A stretch of 64,000 nt of DNA from assembly GCA_030770535.1 (NCBI GenBank), contig JASVEC010000028.1:434001-498000 (forward strand), read 5' to 3'. Position 1 is the stretch's first letter; every line of letters starts with the position of its first letter. Below are positions 1 to 13,411 of this stretch, piece by piece. The stretch comes from Batkoa obscura (Eukaryota). Both the position numbers and the translations under genes were made by a program. A model generated the notes under the pieces. The model was given only the letters and a program-made list of their open reading frames with translations. It was not told the DNA's origin and searched no databases.

Positions 1-2432
1 TCTTCATTTAAATCCTCTTCACTTTTGTTTTCTTTATCACTTACATCTTTTTTGTTTTCCTCATTCTCTTTTGCTTCTTCTGGTTTCTTCTCGTTGTTCT
101 CTTGCTTTTCTTTATTTCCATTTTCTTGTAATCGGTTATCAACTAACTCAAATGTCTCTGTGTTAACCATTACGCTTTGCTGATCTGCTTCAATTAAAAT
201 GACCTTTTCAGTTGTCTCTGATGGGCTTTCAATTAACTGAACTGAATCAAATAATTCGCTAAACACTAATAAAAGTTTATCAATTTTAGAGATAGTAAGT
301 TTTTGTTTGTCATCCGTTCCATGGGAATGGGGTTCATACGTCAATTTAATAGAAGAGGGCGAGCATGATATTTGTAAGATAGTAGCTAAAATACCATCTG
401 CTACCATATCATTAGCTTCGTTACCTAACCACTCCATATCGACTTCACCTTGGTGAGTACTATCAATAAGCTTAACAACATCCAAAACTTCAATTCCGTT
501 TTCAATAGCTTGGATTGAGTCATTACCAAACATCTTCTTTAAAGTGGTTGTAATTAATGAAAATTTGGCATGAAAGCTTATACTTTGTCTCTGATGAAAT
601 TCGGCCACAGGTAATCCTGCTAAATCTTCCAAATCTTCTTCTTCCATAATTCGATATTGAAAATCTCTACCAACAATAATTCCTTCTATTAAAGTACCTT
701 CTATAGGTTCTTTATTTGCAAGTTTACCTATAGTTTTTGCCATCTTTTCTGCTTTAAATGGTAATCGTACAGTCTCTGTATTTTTAGGTGTGTAAATGGC
801 CATTCTTCTACGTCTTGGTAAATTAGGATCCAAATCCTCTTTAGTAACTGTAGCAGGATCTAATGGATTCACATAAATTTCACATAGCTTTTGTTTAAGC
901 CTTGACATGGGTATAGGTTCGCCATGCACTAATACAAGGTTTGGTGCTGCAACTAAATCAATAAACTTCGAGTTTTGATTGAAATCAACGTGAGCTGAAA
1001 AGGATATGTATTCAACCTCCATCTTTAATGGTAATTTTCCACCCCTCATACTTGGGACTTTAGCCGGTGAACTAAGCAAAGTTCTAGCTAAAGTCCCTTC
1101 TACAGAGTAACCGCATAATAAAAGGCCATTACGGTCATCTGGACACCATCTTTCAAATAATTCTCGACTTAGTCCATTTTGAAGCATACCTGGGGAGGCT
1201 ACCATAACACATGGACCATTATCTTCAAAAGAGTTGATATGACGAAGATTAGCAATGTGTTTAAAAACAAATGGGTTTGAAGATGAAAATTGATTACGGA
1301 TATGTTGGTTCATCATATTAATATAAGTTTGATAGACTGCCATACATTTTTTAGCCAATGAAGAAGCAAAATAAATTGGTACATGATCTAATTCTGGATG
1401 TGCTTGCCAGTATTCATCTAAAATCAATAAAAGTTCTTGTGCTCTACCTAAAGCAAACACGGGTATTAAGCATCGACCCCCTCTACTAACAATTTTATGA
1501 ACACTAGAAGTAAAACGCGCTTCCCTTTCTAATCTAGGTTCATGAGCTTGATTACCATAAGTAGCTTCACAAATTAATACTTCTGGAGTTACATGGCTGG
1601 GTCTTTCTGCAGCCATCAAATGTCTATCTTCTTCTCTAGAATAATCACCAGTATATAAAACCTTAATACCGGCAATTTCAATCAAAAACATAGCTGCTCC
1701 TAAAACATGGCCAGCATTGTATGGCGTAAATTTTATACCATCCACATCCACTTCTTGATGATAATCTACTACGCTAATCTTTTCGTAACTATGTAATAAA
1801 TCTTGTTCATCAAATAACATATCATCAACGGAAGCAGTACTTGAATAATATAAGATTATTAAAATTGATAAATAAAATAAAAATATAGTTACCTCACTCT
1901 TACATAATCAGTGAGAAACCATTTATAAATTGCTTTTGTTGGATGGGTCATGTAAACAGGGTTTGAATAAGAAGTCTTTTAAATTCCATCAATATAAATA
2001 AATGTATAAATAGTAGTTTGAAAACATTTACTTTTTCCATAAAATAAGGCAATGATGCAGCGTGGTCTAAATGAAAACTAAAAAAGAATTGATATTTATA
2101 ATTACATCTAAAAATAACTAAAAATACTGAGAAATTAAAACCAGGTCAACGGTATCTGGATCAATATTATCATAAAAAGGTAAACCAGCAATCCCTTCAT
2201 GTGCTGGGTGAATACCTGCATCTAGCTATTTACAAAAAAAGAATTATTTTTAAAAGTGGATTTAAATTAAACCTACCATCACTGTCTTCCCTTTAAAAGA
2301 TAAAATAATACAAGAACGACCAACCTCATTACCTGCTCCTAAAGGCGTTATTTCTAAGATATCATCGTCATCGCATATTACTTCGATACTCCTTTTTAAA
2401 TCACTTCCAAAACTTGCTGATATATTTTCCAT
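1..2432 (-). CDS. YSH1: mRNA 3'-end processing endonuclease Ysh1/CPSF73 (metallo-beta-lactamase/beta-CASP); 3' end lies outside the window
   Basis: ATG at 2432; [16 protein letters not shown]; spliced [67 protein letters not shown]. Four short GT-AG introns between ~1840 and 2275, then one long exon. Confidence 0.96.
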
Positions 2433-4186
2433 TGTTTTAAATGTTAAAAAGTTCAACTTTTTTTGGATGTTGGTTTAATAAATTTTGCGTTGAATCAAAA
2501 ATTTGATGATGCTGGAATAGTTGGAATAAATTCAAGTGCTTGGGATTTTATTTCATTTGAACTTTATACCGTTTATATTGCTATTGTATGTTAGAATATA
2601 AGGGACGATTACATCAAAATATTTTTATATAATTAAAGCCTAAAGGAAGTATCATATGTATATATTTTAATATTAAGAAAAGTATTATATAATAATGAAA
2701 ATATAACTATAAAATACAATTTGAATTCGAGAGACAATTTAAGAAAATAGCTTCTTTTTATTGTAACATCAAATATAGTTTTGTATATTAGGAAATGATA
2801 ATAATACTTGTTATAATACTAAATCTACGATTTAATTTTTATTAAACTATTGTGTTAATTTAAGATATACTTAATATATTATTGAAAACAATAAAATTAG
2901 AAGCGATCATTTTAAATATCACAAAAAAAATTCCTCATAATTCTTAATAACTTCAATTCTATTAAAAAAACTTAACTGATGTAAACAAATATCGTATATT
3001 GGTAGTTTAAAGTATTTATCTCTATAAGGTATATATTTTACATTAATCTAATGCGTATTGAACTATACATGCCAAAATAATTTAAATAGAAAATTATTAA
3101 GTCAATTAATTATTAAAGTTGGCGTCAATGATTTTAAATATACTAAAAACTAGGCAAAATTAATAGCTTTTCATAAATGCTATTTTAACTTCTCAATATA
3201 TTAACTCAATATATTAATTTTTTATTAATATAATTTTTTAAAATAATATAACCTTTTAAATTATTGAGCTTATCTTGTTTACACACCCTAAAATCATTGT
3301 TTAAGTGGAAATGTTTTCAAAGAATAATCTTGAAGCTTATTTTTTACTATTAAAATTATGAAGTTTTTATAGCACAATACAATAACAATAATTTATTTAT
3401 AGATTTTATTATATTAAAATTTTTCAAATAAATAAAAAATGTTGACAATGATTATTAATAAAAAATAAGTTAAAGATTTAAAGTTCTGTATTATGCCCTT
3501 GCTTCACTTTAAATAATAATATTATAATTCAAGAGAACATTTAATATATTAAACAATAGTTCCCAAGACATTAAAATAGAGGATGGGAATTGCACCAATC
3601 TTTTATCGTTTTTTAGGATAATATGATTTTTATTTCGCTTAAAATTACTTCTATTGAGTTATTTACTTACTTTTTTTAGTAACAGTATTAAAACCATGAC
3701 TTGATTTAATGGCATAAACGAGGGGATCTGGTAAAAATGAAGTTATAAAATTTTTCAAAGCTCAAAGTTTAGAATTTATTTAGTAATAGCACTAATTCAA
3801 CTTTGTTATAAAATTTTCAAAAATTTATTTATAACTAAAAAATCAAAGCTAATTGGTTCCTTGCATTAAACATTTATATTGGGGAAGTTTAATAAGTCAC
3901 ATAAGAACTTGGTACTTATTATGAAATTGTAGTAATAAAAAAAAGTATATAATAAAAGGGGTTGAACATAAAATAAAAATCCAATTTTTAATTAAATTTT
4001 TTAGTTTAAGGAGTTCTTCTTTTTTCAATTGATTTTAGCTGAGCTACTATCGAGTTTAATATTGTGTATACCATTTCCCCATATTCCCTCAATTTCACTT
4101 TTGAATCTATATATAAGTAACTGTTTATCAATTATAATACATTGAATACATATTATACTTAATACTTTACTTAATAATCCATAAAA

Positions 4187-5527
4187 ATGCTTCAAAACGT
4201 CAATTATACACAACTTAATAACAATAATAACAATAATACCAATAATGATACCTTTGGTTTAAAAATAGATGAGAAGAGTCTCAATGCTTATTTAGAAGAA
4301 CTTGGTCCTGATGCCAATATTTGTAAAAATAAACGTTCAAAGTTAACTCCACGTCAGCTGGCTTATTTGGAAGCAACTTTTAAAACCAATAGCTCCCCTA
4401 ACCATAAACATCGGTTATTAATTTCTCAAGCCATTAATATGCCCGAAAGATCAATTCAAATTTGGTTTCAAAATCGTCGAGCTAAGATTCGTAATAATCA
4501 AAGGAAAGCTACTTTAGCTTTACAAGAAGAAGCTTTACGTCAACATTACCTTGCCGCTAAAGGTCAAGATTTTGGTTCTAATTTTATGGGAGATAAATCA
4601 GCTGGTCCATTTCCTGAATTTAATGCTTCAAATGGTTTAAATATCGGTTTACAAGGTTATAATTCAACCCCAATGCCTAATACCAATCAATTTTCTCCTT
4701 TTATGGCTCAATCTCCTTATTTTGATGTTAATAGTACCGCCTTTTCAACTCCTCAAGGTGTATCCACTTCTACCTTCGAATCTTATCAAACCCCAACTAG
4801 TAATACCAATGGTATCCTTTCATGTATGATTTTAGCAATTGGAACATGGCAACGGATGGGTAGTGGAGGGGAAACATTGGTATGTGGGTATTCATGTGAA
4901 AGTAAACAAATGTCGTGGATGATTGGTAGTGGCGATATGAAATTTCGAATTCGCTTTACCTTTAGTAATGTTGAAAAAATTGAATTAAGTTTTAACGATA
5001 GTATCTCTTCTGAATTAACCATTGATCTTAATCAAGCCCCCGAGTTTTCATCATTTATGAATGGTACTTGGGTATCTTGTCCTGATTTCTCAGAAGGTCA
5101 ACAAGCAAGTCGTATCCTTCGTCATGTATTAAGAGGGGAAGCTCAAGCTTTAAGAACTCAATTTTTTGATTTATTACAACAAGTACCTGAGCTTAATAAT
5201 AAAGCCACTATTCGTCCAACTCAAGTTTCCAATGTACAAAAACTTAGTGCTACTCAATTGGAAGCTAGTAGAAGGCAATCAGCTAGTTTAATATCATTTG
5301 ATGCTAATCGTACACCTACTTATCCCCCACCAAATTTACATGGTCAAGGTGACCCTTTTAATTTAGCTTATAATAGTTTGCATATGAAAGATCCATTCTC
5401 CTTTGATAGGTCACGTTCTCTATCGTTGCCTACTATTCAGCAAAATTTAACCGAAACGGGGAATTATTTTAATGAAGATAAGTTCCAGTATAACTCTGGG
5501 ATGGATAATAGTGAATCGTATAACTAA
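4187..5527 (+). CDS. Homeodomain transcription factor, Phx1/HOY1-like, with C-terminal PH-like domain
   Basis: Intronless 446-aa ORF; homeodomain KRSKLTPRQLAYLEATF...MPERSIQIWFQNRRAK; downstream LAIGTWQRM...LVCGYS...WMI...FRIRFTFSNVEKI block resembles fungal Phx1/HOY1 proteins. Confidence 0.9.
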   Translation: MLQNVNYTQLNNNNNNNTNNDTFGLKIDEKSLNAYLEELGPDANICKNKRSKLTPRQLAYLEATFKTNSSPNHKHRLLISQAINMPERSIQIWFQNRRAKIRNNQRKATLALQEEALRQHYLAAKGQDFGSNFMGDKSAGPFPEFNASNGLNIGLQGYNSTPMPNTNQFSPFMAQSPYFDVNSTAFSTPQGVSTSTFESYQTPTSNTNGILSCMILAIGTWQRMGSGGETLVCGYSCESKQMSWMIGSGDMKFRIRFTFSNVEKIELSFNDSISSELTIDLNQAPEFSSFMNGTWVSCPDFSEGQQASRILRHVLRGEAQALRTQFFDLLQQVPELNNKATIRPTQVSNVQKLSATQLEASRRQSASLISFDANRTPTYPPPNLHGQGDPFNLAYNSLHMKDPFSFDRSRSLSLPTIQQNLTETGNYFNEDKFQYNSGMDNSESYN

Positions 5528-6479
5528 ATTAAACTAAAAATTTTAATTTTTTTTAGTTGTATTCCATGTATTAAAATATACTTTTCGTATTTAAAGTCGG
5601 TATCTGTTGCACTTTTTTAAAGTAGTAATGTTGTTCATTATAATGTATTTTTAATGATAATAAATTTTTAATTTTAAGTTTGATATTTTTTTGCTATATT
5701 TTTGATTTTTTAATAGTCTTGTGTAATCAAGTTTTTTTTTTACTAACACTCATTTGGAAATAGCTAGATTATTTTAATATTAAAAATAGAACAGTGATGA
5801 TAATAATAACAAAAATTAATAAATTGCAATCTATTAATTGATATATTAAATAGTGGATATGGACTTTACTTTTTTTTCTTAATTTAATTTTTAAGAACAT
5901 GAGTTCATCTTGTGTTTTTTTAAGTTATTAATCATGAACTTTTAATTGATCATTATTGTAGTATTATTTTAATTCCGTTATTTATAATGTTTATTACTAT
6001 TTGTTCTATAATGAGATTTATTAAATTGTATTATTATTTAGTTTTATAATAATAACAATACTAAAAAGCAATTTTTTTAACTAATTCAATGCATCCTCTG
6101 ATGCTTTATCAATTACAATCTCTTGAATATTTTAAATGAACTAAAAATGTTTGTTTTAACTATATTTAAAACAAAAAACATATAAATTACATACCCACTC
6201 AATAATAAATAGTTAATTACAATTTAATCTTAATTTCCAATAAATTTAAGTTAATAAGTTCTATATTTATAAATCTACTTTTTTTTGCAATTCTATCGTT
6301 GCTAATATTAGAGCATTATTGAATATAATAAGATAAAAAAATATCGCTATAAGTATATTAAATAAAAATTAAAAACTTTGTTTTATAGAACATATTAATA
6401 ACTTGCTTTTTTATTTCAATTTCAATTTATTATTTAAAATTAACCTCTTTAAGTATATATTATTGCTATTATTTTATAT

Positions 6480-6578
6480 GAGGATGTATTTTTTTGTTTA
6501 AGAAATTTACTAACAATTTTTCCACTCAAATAGCACTTAAAAGATGGAAAAGGTAATGAAGCTAAAAAAAACACCCCC
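6480..6578 (+). mobile_element. MITE family A (Sola-like, non-autonomous)
   Basis: ATAT-GAGGATGTATTTTTTT...AAAAAAAACACCCCC-ATAT; matches nine other copies in the window. Confidence 0.9.
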
Positions 6579-7249
6579 ATATGATAAAAATAATAATTAA
6601 TTAAAAAACAGTCAATAGAAGGGAGGATGCTCTCACTAAAGGAATAGACCAAAAAGAAAGGGTAAACAAACACATTCGAACTTTTTATGCTCATCTTAAA
6701 TTATAGAATATTTTAGGTAATCTATTAATTAGTCTTATCCTTTCAATAACTACTTAAAGCTTTTCTATATTTATCAAATTGTTCGTACTTATACAATCTT
6801 AAAAATAGAATATGATAAAATTAAACAGCTTCTTAATAAATTTTTATAGCGCTTAAATTATCACTAAAATCTTTTCTTCTGCTTTTAGAGTTGCTAAAGT
6901 GGATTTTGGTATGCGTTGTTGGACTTGAACTTCAAGGATAAGAGCATATTACTGAAAACTCAGAAGTTAGTTCTCGTAGACTAATTTTTAGAATACTTAC
7001 TATTTTAGTATCTCCCATCAATGGATAAAAATTGGAAGTATTTGTTCTATTGATCACTTCTTTCTTAGTGTAAAAGTAATTTCACTTTCTGATAATATAT
7101 TAATCCTTTGGATATTTGACTTTACTCTTATGCTAAAATTGTGTTAAAAAAATAAGTAAAAATAGAAAATCACACATTTAAAAAATTAATTTAGCTTTAT
7201 AGAATATTTTTTATTTTGTTCTAACACCAATAATAATATCAATGATTTA

Positions 7250-7700
7250 TGAGTTATATTGTCCAAGGATAACAACACTAATCCAAAACTATCTACTACT
7301 TTATGAAAAGTTTCCTTTAATAGTTTCTTTTCATTAGCACAAACAAAACACTATAAATCATTAGTTAGTGATAATTGTCTGTCTAACTGTGGTCAAAAAG
7401 GTGGTATTGTTTCTTATAAATTTATTAATTATTCTTTCAGTAAAACTTTAGATTTCATATCCAATTGAGTTACTAAAGGGACCCCAGCAACCCCAATTAA
7501 TAATGTTTCAACTTTAAGATGGTCACTAATTTCTTGATTTTTTGAACTAATTCTCACTCATCCTTTTTGCTTTATCTATTGTCTCAATCCTTCACTAAAC
7601 TTTTTAAAATATCACTTTGAAATTCATTAATTCTTTTCAATGCTTCAATAATGTTTCTTAAGTAGGTAAGTCTGGTAAAACTTAAATATAAATATGTCCA
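7250..7700 (-). pseudogene. Possible degenerate non-LTR retrotransposon reverse transcriptase fragment
   Basis: Minus-strand translation with stops: ISSKNQEISDHLKVETLLIGVAGVPLVTQLDM...QLDRQLSLTNDL*CFVC...FGLVL, resembling the RT QG-x-x-SPL and YADD regions. Confidence 0.35.
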
Positions 7701-8650
7701 GATTACTGTGTTTACTTATTATAATAGGTTTGAATAGGTACTTAATTTGAAATTCCTCTCACGAATTCAAAATAACTTATTCTTTAATAGATTTCCTTGA
7801 AATGTCTATATATTTTTAAAATAAACTCACTCCCTTTTCTTATTGAATTAGTGAATTTTGAAAAAAATTGTTCACAGAATTTTCAATCTAATAATTTTAA
7901 TATATTAATAAATATAAATAAAAGTGGATTTAATAATTTATAGATCTATTAAAAAAGTAGAGGGTTGGATTTCATAATTATTAAGTTTATGGATCACATC
8001 TTACTCATCAAATAGTTTTAACGTTTTATTAACAAATCCGGTTGTCCATATTACTAACACTTGATAATACCTTTATGGAAAAATCTTAATATACTTTGTA
8101 TTATTAATAAATTTTTAAATTTCAAATTGGACATACTTCCTTCTTGAAAAATATTGCTAATTTTTTTAAATATATTAACCAGATCTGGTTTGAAAACGGT
8201 ATTTTTTATAATCGTTTCTCAGATGTTTTATAATATTAGTCTAACAAACAATATTATCTTTAATTTTATGTTCTAACTTTTACTTTAGACTTGGTTTACA
8301 AAACTCAGTCGAAGTAAAAAAGGAATGGACAATAAACATAAGTCTTTAATGTGGTGGTTGGATTATGATATGTTGTTTGTTAGGGTTGAAGCTCATAGTT
8401 ATAAGCCTGAAGTGGATTTCAGCTACCAATTTTATGATAATACTAAAAGTAGTATTGTCCATCCCTTTTTTATTTGTTCTGTTTTTCAACTTATGGTAAT
8501 TATGTATTGTTTGTATTCTTATTGGATGTCTTAATTTTTATTCTTTTACATCGGATATTAATCTTACTTTATATCTCTTAAATTCTCCCATTTATATCTC
8601 TGTCTTTTGCTCTATTTATCATGTTCATATCAAACTATCATTTACAATAT

Positions 8651-8750
8651 GGTGATTATTTTTTTTGGCTTCATTACCTTTTCCATCTTTTAAACGCTAT
8701 TTGAGTGGAAAAATTGGTAATAAATTTCTTAAACATAAAAATACATCCTC
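8651..8750 (-). mobile_element. MITE family A
   Basis: ATAT flanks at 8647-8650 and 8751-8754; reverse complement of the 6480 copy. Confidence 0.9.
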
Positions 8751-9047
8751 ATATCTTCTTTTACTTTTTTAATCTTTTGATTTTTTATAGCGTAGAAAAT
8801 TAATTGGATTTAAAACTTCTTTTTCATAATTAGATTATCTAATAATTGCAGTGGATATACTATACTCGTCAAATAGATTGTCTCTTGTATCATTATATCC
8901 TAATACTCTTTAGTTTATTTTTTATATAATCAAACAATTGAAAACATAATATATTTTAAAAAGATTAAAATTATAATGAAATTCAAAGCTATAAAAATGG
9001 ACTTTAAAATTTATTATTGAACTTACTTTAATTTAAATATAATGAAA

Positions 9048-10048
9048 TTATATTTTATTTGTACTTTTAAAAATCTCTTCATTTTCCATTCATTCAAATC
9101 CCATTATTAAAGTATCTGAAAAGGTAATTAAATCGAGTTGATTTTGTTCATTAAAAGCTAAATGAGATGGTATGATTTCATTTTCCAACATACAGTAATT
9201 AACATTTAAAAATAGATTTCTTAATACTGAAATAGTACCCGCTTCCACTGGTCTTAATAAACAAGTAAATACGAATGATAATGGTATATTTTGAAATAAA
9301 TTAGTTCCAATTGTACCTGGATCACTAATACAAGCTAAAAAAGTTATAAATAAATAATATTAATTGTTATATGACGATAGATGTTAAATGAATTAATTAC
9401 CATTTAAATTATATTCAGTTCTTAAATAATTAGCTAAAATAATTAAGGCTAATTTGGATTGCGCATAGCCATTACTTGCATCCCAAAATCGAGTTGGCTC
9501 AAATGAAGTTAAATTAAAATTAGTAACTAATTAAGTTAAATTATAATGAATAATAAAATACAATATAATAAAATAATTTTACCTCCCCAATGAACTAAAG
9601 AACCAATAAATATAATTTTTGTATTATATTTTACTAATTTATTTAACAATAATTTAGTTATTAAATAATTAGATAAATAATTCTATTTATATTATATATT
9701 ATTATTGTTATATATTATTATTATTCAATACTTACCACTTGAAAATGTTGTTCGAGTTTTTGTTCACTTAATTTACTTGAATTTAATTCCATAATACCTG
9801 CGTTAGCTAACAAAATTAACTAAATACAAAATATTATAAAATAGTAAATACCTATAAACAAATCAATTTTCTCTACTTGTTTATTAATTTTAGAACAAAA
9901 TTGCTTAACTGAATTTAAATTCATTAAATTTAATTCAAAAAAACAAACATCTTGTTGATTTAATTCCATTTCAAATTCGATCTGTTTTATAATAGCTTCA
10001 TATTTTATTTGATTTCTACACGCTATTCAAAATTTATTATTATATTAT

Positions 10049-10081
<33 letters not shown>

Positions 10082-10542
10082 TAATAATAATAATAAAAAT
10101 TAAAAGAAATATTACCAAAGATTACTTTATATCCCATTTTTAATAATGATATACTCGTTTTTAATCCAAGTCCGGAGGTAGCACCTAAATAAATAAACAA
10201 TGTAAGTTTTATCATTCATTTTTAATTTATTTATTCTTTTCTTACCAGTAACAATAGCTACTTTCTTTTTATTATCTTTTGCTAACTCTTGTTTACCATA
10301 TTCAATATAACTATTTAAAAAAATAATTTTTTTTACATTATTGATGAAAACTTTAATATTTACTTTTCAACTTGTTGTTTGTAAGTTTCTTTTTCTACTT
10401 TATTAAATAAATCAAAAAATAAAGTTATTATTGTTAATACAATCAACTTAATATCTTTTATTAACCATGGAATTTGATTGACTTGATTGATCTTTTTATT
10501 TAAATATGATATATCTTTTATTAATGGTCGTGGTAAATCCAT
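9048..10542 (-). CDS. Short-chain dehydrogenase/reductase, RDH/WWOX-like, multi-exon
   Basis: Spliced VAIVTGATSGLG, ACRNQ, ANAGIM, FQVNYLSNYL, GYAQSK (YxxxK), DPGTIGTNLF; several GT-AG introns. Confidence 0.85.
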
Positions 10543-10825
10543 TGTAATTAAGTTGAATAATATATATTAAATTAAAAAGTGATGAAATTTTATAATGATT
10601 ATTCTGTGTTTGAACTACATAATAAATTTAACCAATGAATTGATTTCCTGTTTCTTAGTTTTTAAACTTCAAATTGGAATTCCAAGTTGTCAATAAAGAT
10701 ATATAATAAATATAATACAAATTTAATATTGATAGTATTTTATTTAAGAAATAAATAAATAAATAAACTTCCAGTTTTTATACTTTTTTATATTTAACCT
10801 TTTATTATTTTGTCAATTCCCTTAT

Positions 10826-12136
10826 TTAAACTATGAAAGGGAAAATAGCCTTTCTACCCTTAGGATAATCAGAGAATTCTTTTTTATATTGCCTGTGTTT
10901 TTTAATAGCCCAAACGTACATTTGAGCAGTGGAAACGAATAAAAATACCCAAACTAAAAAAAGAAGAGATTATTAATGAATACAATTCATCCATTTTAAA
11001 TTCAAAAGAGAATTAACTTACTAGACCAATGATTCGTCAATAAAGTGACTGAAAACCAAGCCAATATTTCAAAAAAATAATTTGGACAAGATACTAATTC
11101 AAATCCATAACCGTAAGGTATTTTACGTTCTTTAGTGCCTGGTGGACGTAAATTTCTTAATGAATAATGACAAATAAAATTAGATACTTCAGCAAACTAA
11201 AATAAATGCAATGTATTAATGTAATTTTTCTAACTATATTAACTTTATCTACTTATTAATAATTACTTACCATAAATAATACCACACAAAAATAATGATA
11301 ATTATTTAACTGGAGATCCAAAGTAGCTTTAGCAATTGATTGAGAATAATAAAAATAAGCTGGTAAAATACCGGATAATACATGATAATGAAAACTATTT
11401 TTAAATAAATTAAATAATGGCATAGTACCATGAGAAAATCGATGAACAAATAAAGTTTCATATTCACGTTTCATAAAATGAATTAAAAATAAAACTAAGA
11501 CGGTCCTAAGGAGAGTATGAATAAAATATTAAATATTGAAAAGAATATTAATCCAAAACTTTAAAAAATTAATATAATTCAAAGTTACTTACTTTTGTAA
11601 TTCGGAATGTTCAAATTTGGTTCCATAAAATACTTCTTGTCCATAATAAAATAAAGGGTGTAATAAAATAGGTCCCAAATATTCCACCAAAAATACAGTT
11701 CTCCAACTGATTTGGGGTCCTAAATCTTTTAAACTAATTTGAGCTATTGAAACATGAGTTAATGACACAAACTTTCAGTTAAAAAAATGAACTTACTTCC
11801 ATCTTTGATACCAAAGGTAATTAAACAAGTTTCGCTACTTTCATTAGAGATCACTTTATCTAATAAAAAAAGTATCAGTATTAATAAATCCTAAAATAAT
11901 AATGTTTGATTATGATTACCATTAAATTTAATACGTTGTCGTTCAATTGTAAGTTTTGGAACTAAATAATAAAAATGGATATAGATATTCAAAAAAAAAC
12001 TTGATTAATAATCAATTTTAAACTTACATTGTTCAACAATTTGATTTTTTAAATCTTGAATTGTTACCTTATCTTCTTGTTTATTAATTTCAATGACTTT
12101 AGATTGATATCTTTTTTCTTGAATTGTTAACTTCAT
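10826..12136 (-). CDS. TSC13: Very-long-chain enoyl-CoA reductase (Tsc13/TECR)
   Basis: N-terminal ubiquitin-like segment; [68 protein letters not shown]; ends AIFPFIV*. Confidence 0.95.
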
Positions 12137-12605
12137 CTTGAATTGTATTTTTTTTTAAAAAAGATGAATTGAAATTCTATTCTATTTTTCCTTTTATTGA
12201 TGTAATCAACCCTTTTCAATTTTTCTTCAAATCTGTTTTTCCATTGGTTGGAAAATAATCTTGAAAAAAAACTCGGAAAATAATGTTGCGTTTTTTTAAT
12301 GAAAAATAGGCAGGATATTCCAGTTAGATTTTTACTAGAATATTTACTAACATAAATACTATTTAACGTAATCAAAATATTTTATATAAAGCAAGTCCAA
12401 CAATATCCACTTTTTAAAATTCAACATCAAAATAATTTCTTGATTATAAGTTGAATAAGTCCAACTTTATTAATAAATACAATAATAATAATGTTTGATA
12501 TTATTACTATTTAATTCCTTTTTAAGCTGAAAAGTTAACTAGAAACAAACTTCAAATTGAGTTAAATATTGATTTAATTTTTCGAAAATAATTCCAAGAA
12601 CATAT

Positions 12606-12690
12606 GGGGATGTATTTTTTGTCTAAGAATTTTTATGCTCAAATAGCGCTTAAAAATGGAAAAGATAATGAAGCCAAAAAAAATATTCCC
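12606..12690 (+). mobile_element. MITE family A (internally deleted)
   Basis: ATAT-GGGGATGTATTTTTT...AATATTCCC-ATAT. Confidence 0.88.
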
Positions 12691-13411
12691 ATATAGAAAA
12701 AATTCAATAAATTTAAAAATAACTTTTATTACTATACAAAGTTTTTCTTTATTGACTTGTTTTTCCTTTCCTTATTCACATCATGTATGTTATCCATATG
12801 ACTAACAATGTTGGGATTAAAATAGCGAATTATGTCAGCAAAAGCAGATAGAACTATGTTATCTATAAAACAATGGTATATGGGGGTGTCCGAATTGGTT
12901 TCATTTTTTTATCCAATTTTTAAATATTTATATTTTGAAAACTGCTTAAAATTTATAAAGATAAATTCTTTATTAAAAGCCAAAAGTATTCGATACAGTT
13001 TTAAATTATTTTGTTATAATTTATATTGTCAATTAGCGGAATTTTTATTAAATTTAATATAAATTTCTGGATTAGCAAAGATTTTACTAATATAGCTTGT
13101 ATAGTGATATTAGTCAAAGTTGTAATGTGTAAATAAATATATACTTTTATATAACTTTATTAAGAAATATTTATTATTAACTGTTTTACAGCCAACATTA
13201 CAGATTTGCTATCAAATGAATAAACTATTTTAATGTTATAATTACATTATCAATATATCGCTAAGTTAATAAATAGCTGCATGGGAGGGAGTGTTTAGCC
13301 CCAAAACTATAATTAACCACCCCTATGTAATACAAGCAGTATAATAATAGCTTTTACTTATTATTACAACTACTTGCTCTTTGACTATTTATTAACTTAG
13401 CTATCAATAAT

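Noticed and set aside
12832..13062. 76-aa ORF across the transposon end
   Set aside because: Chance read-through from the M1 pseudogene into TIR sequence; the same applies to MITE- and LTR-derived ORFs at 6449, 46951 and 53500.
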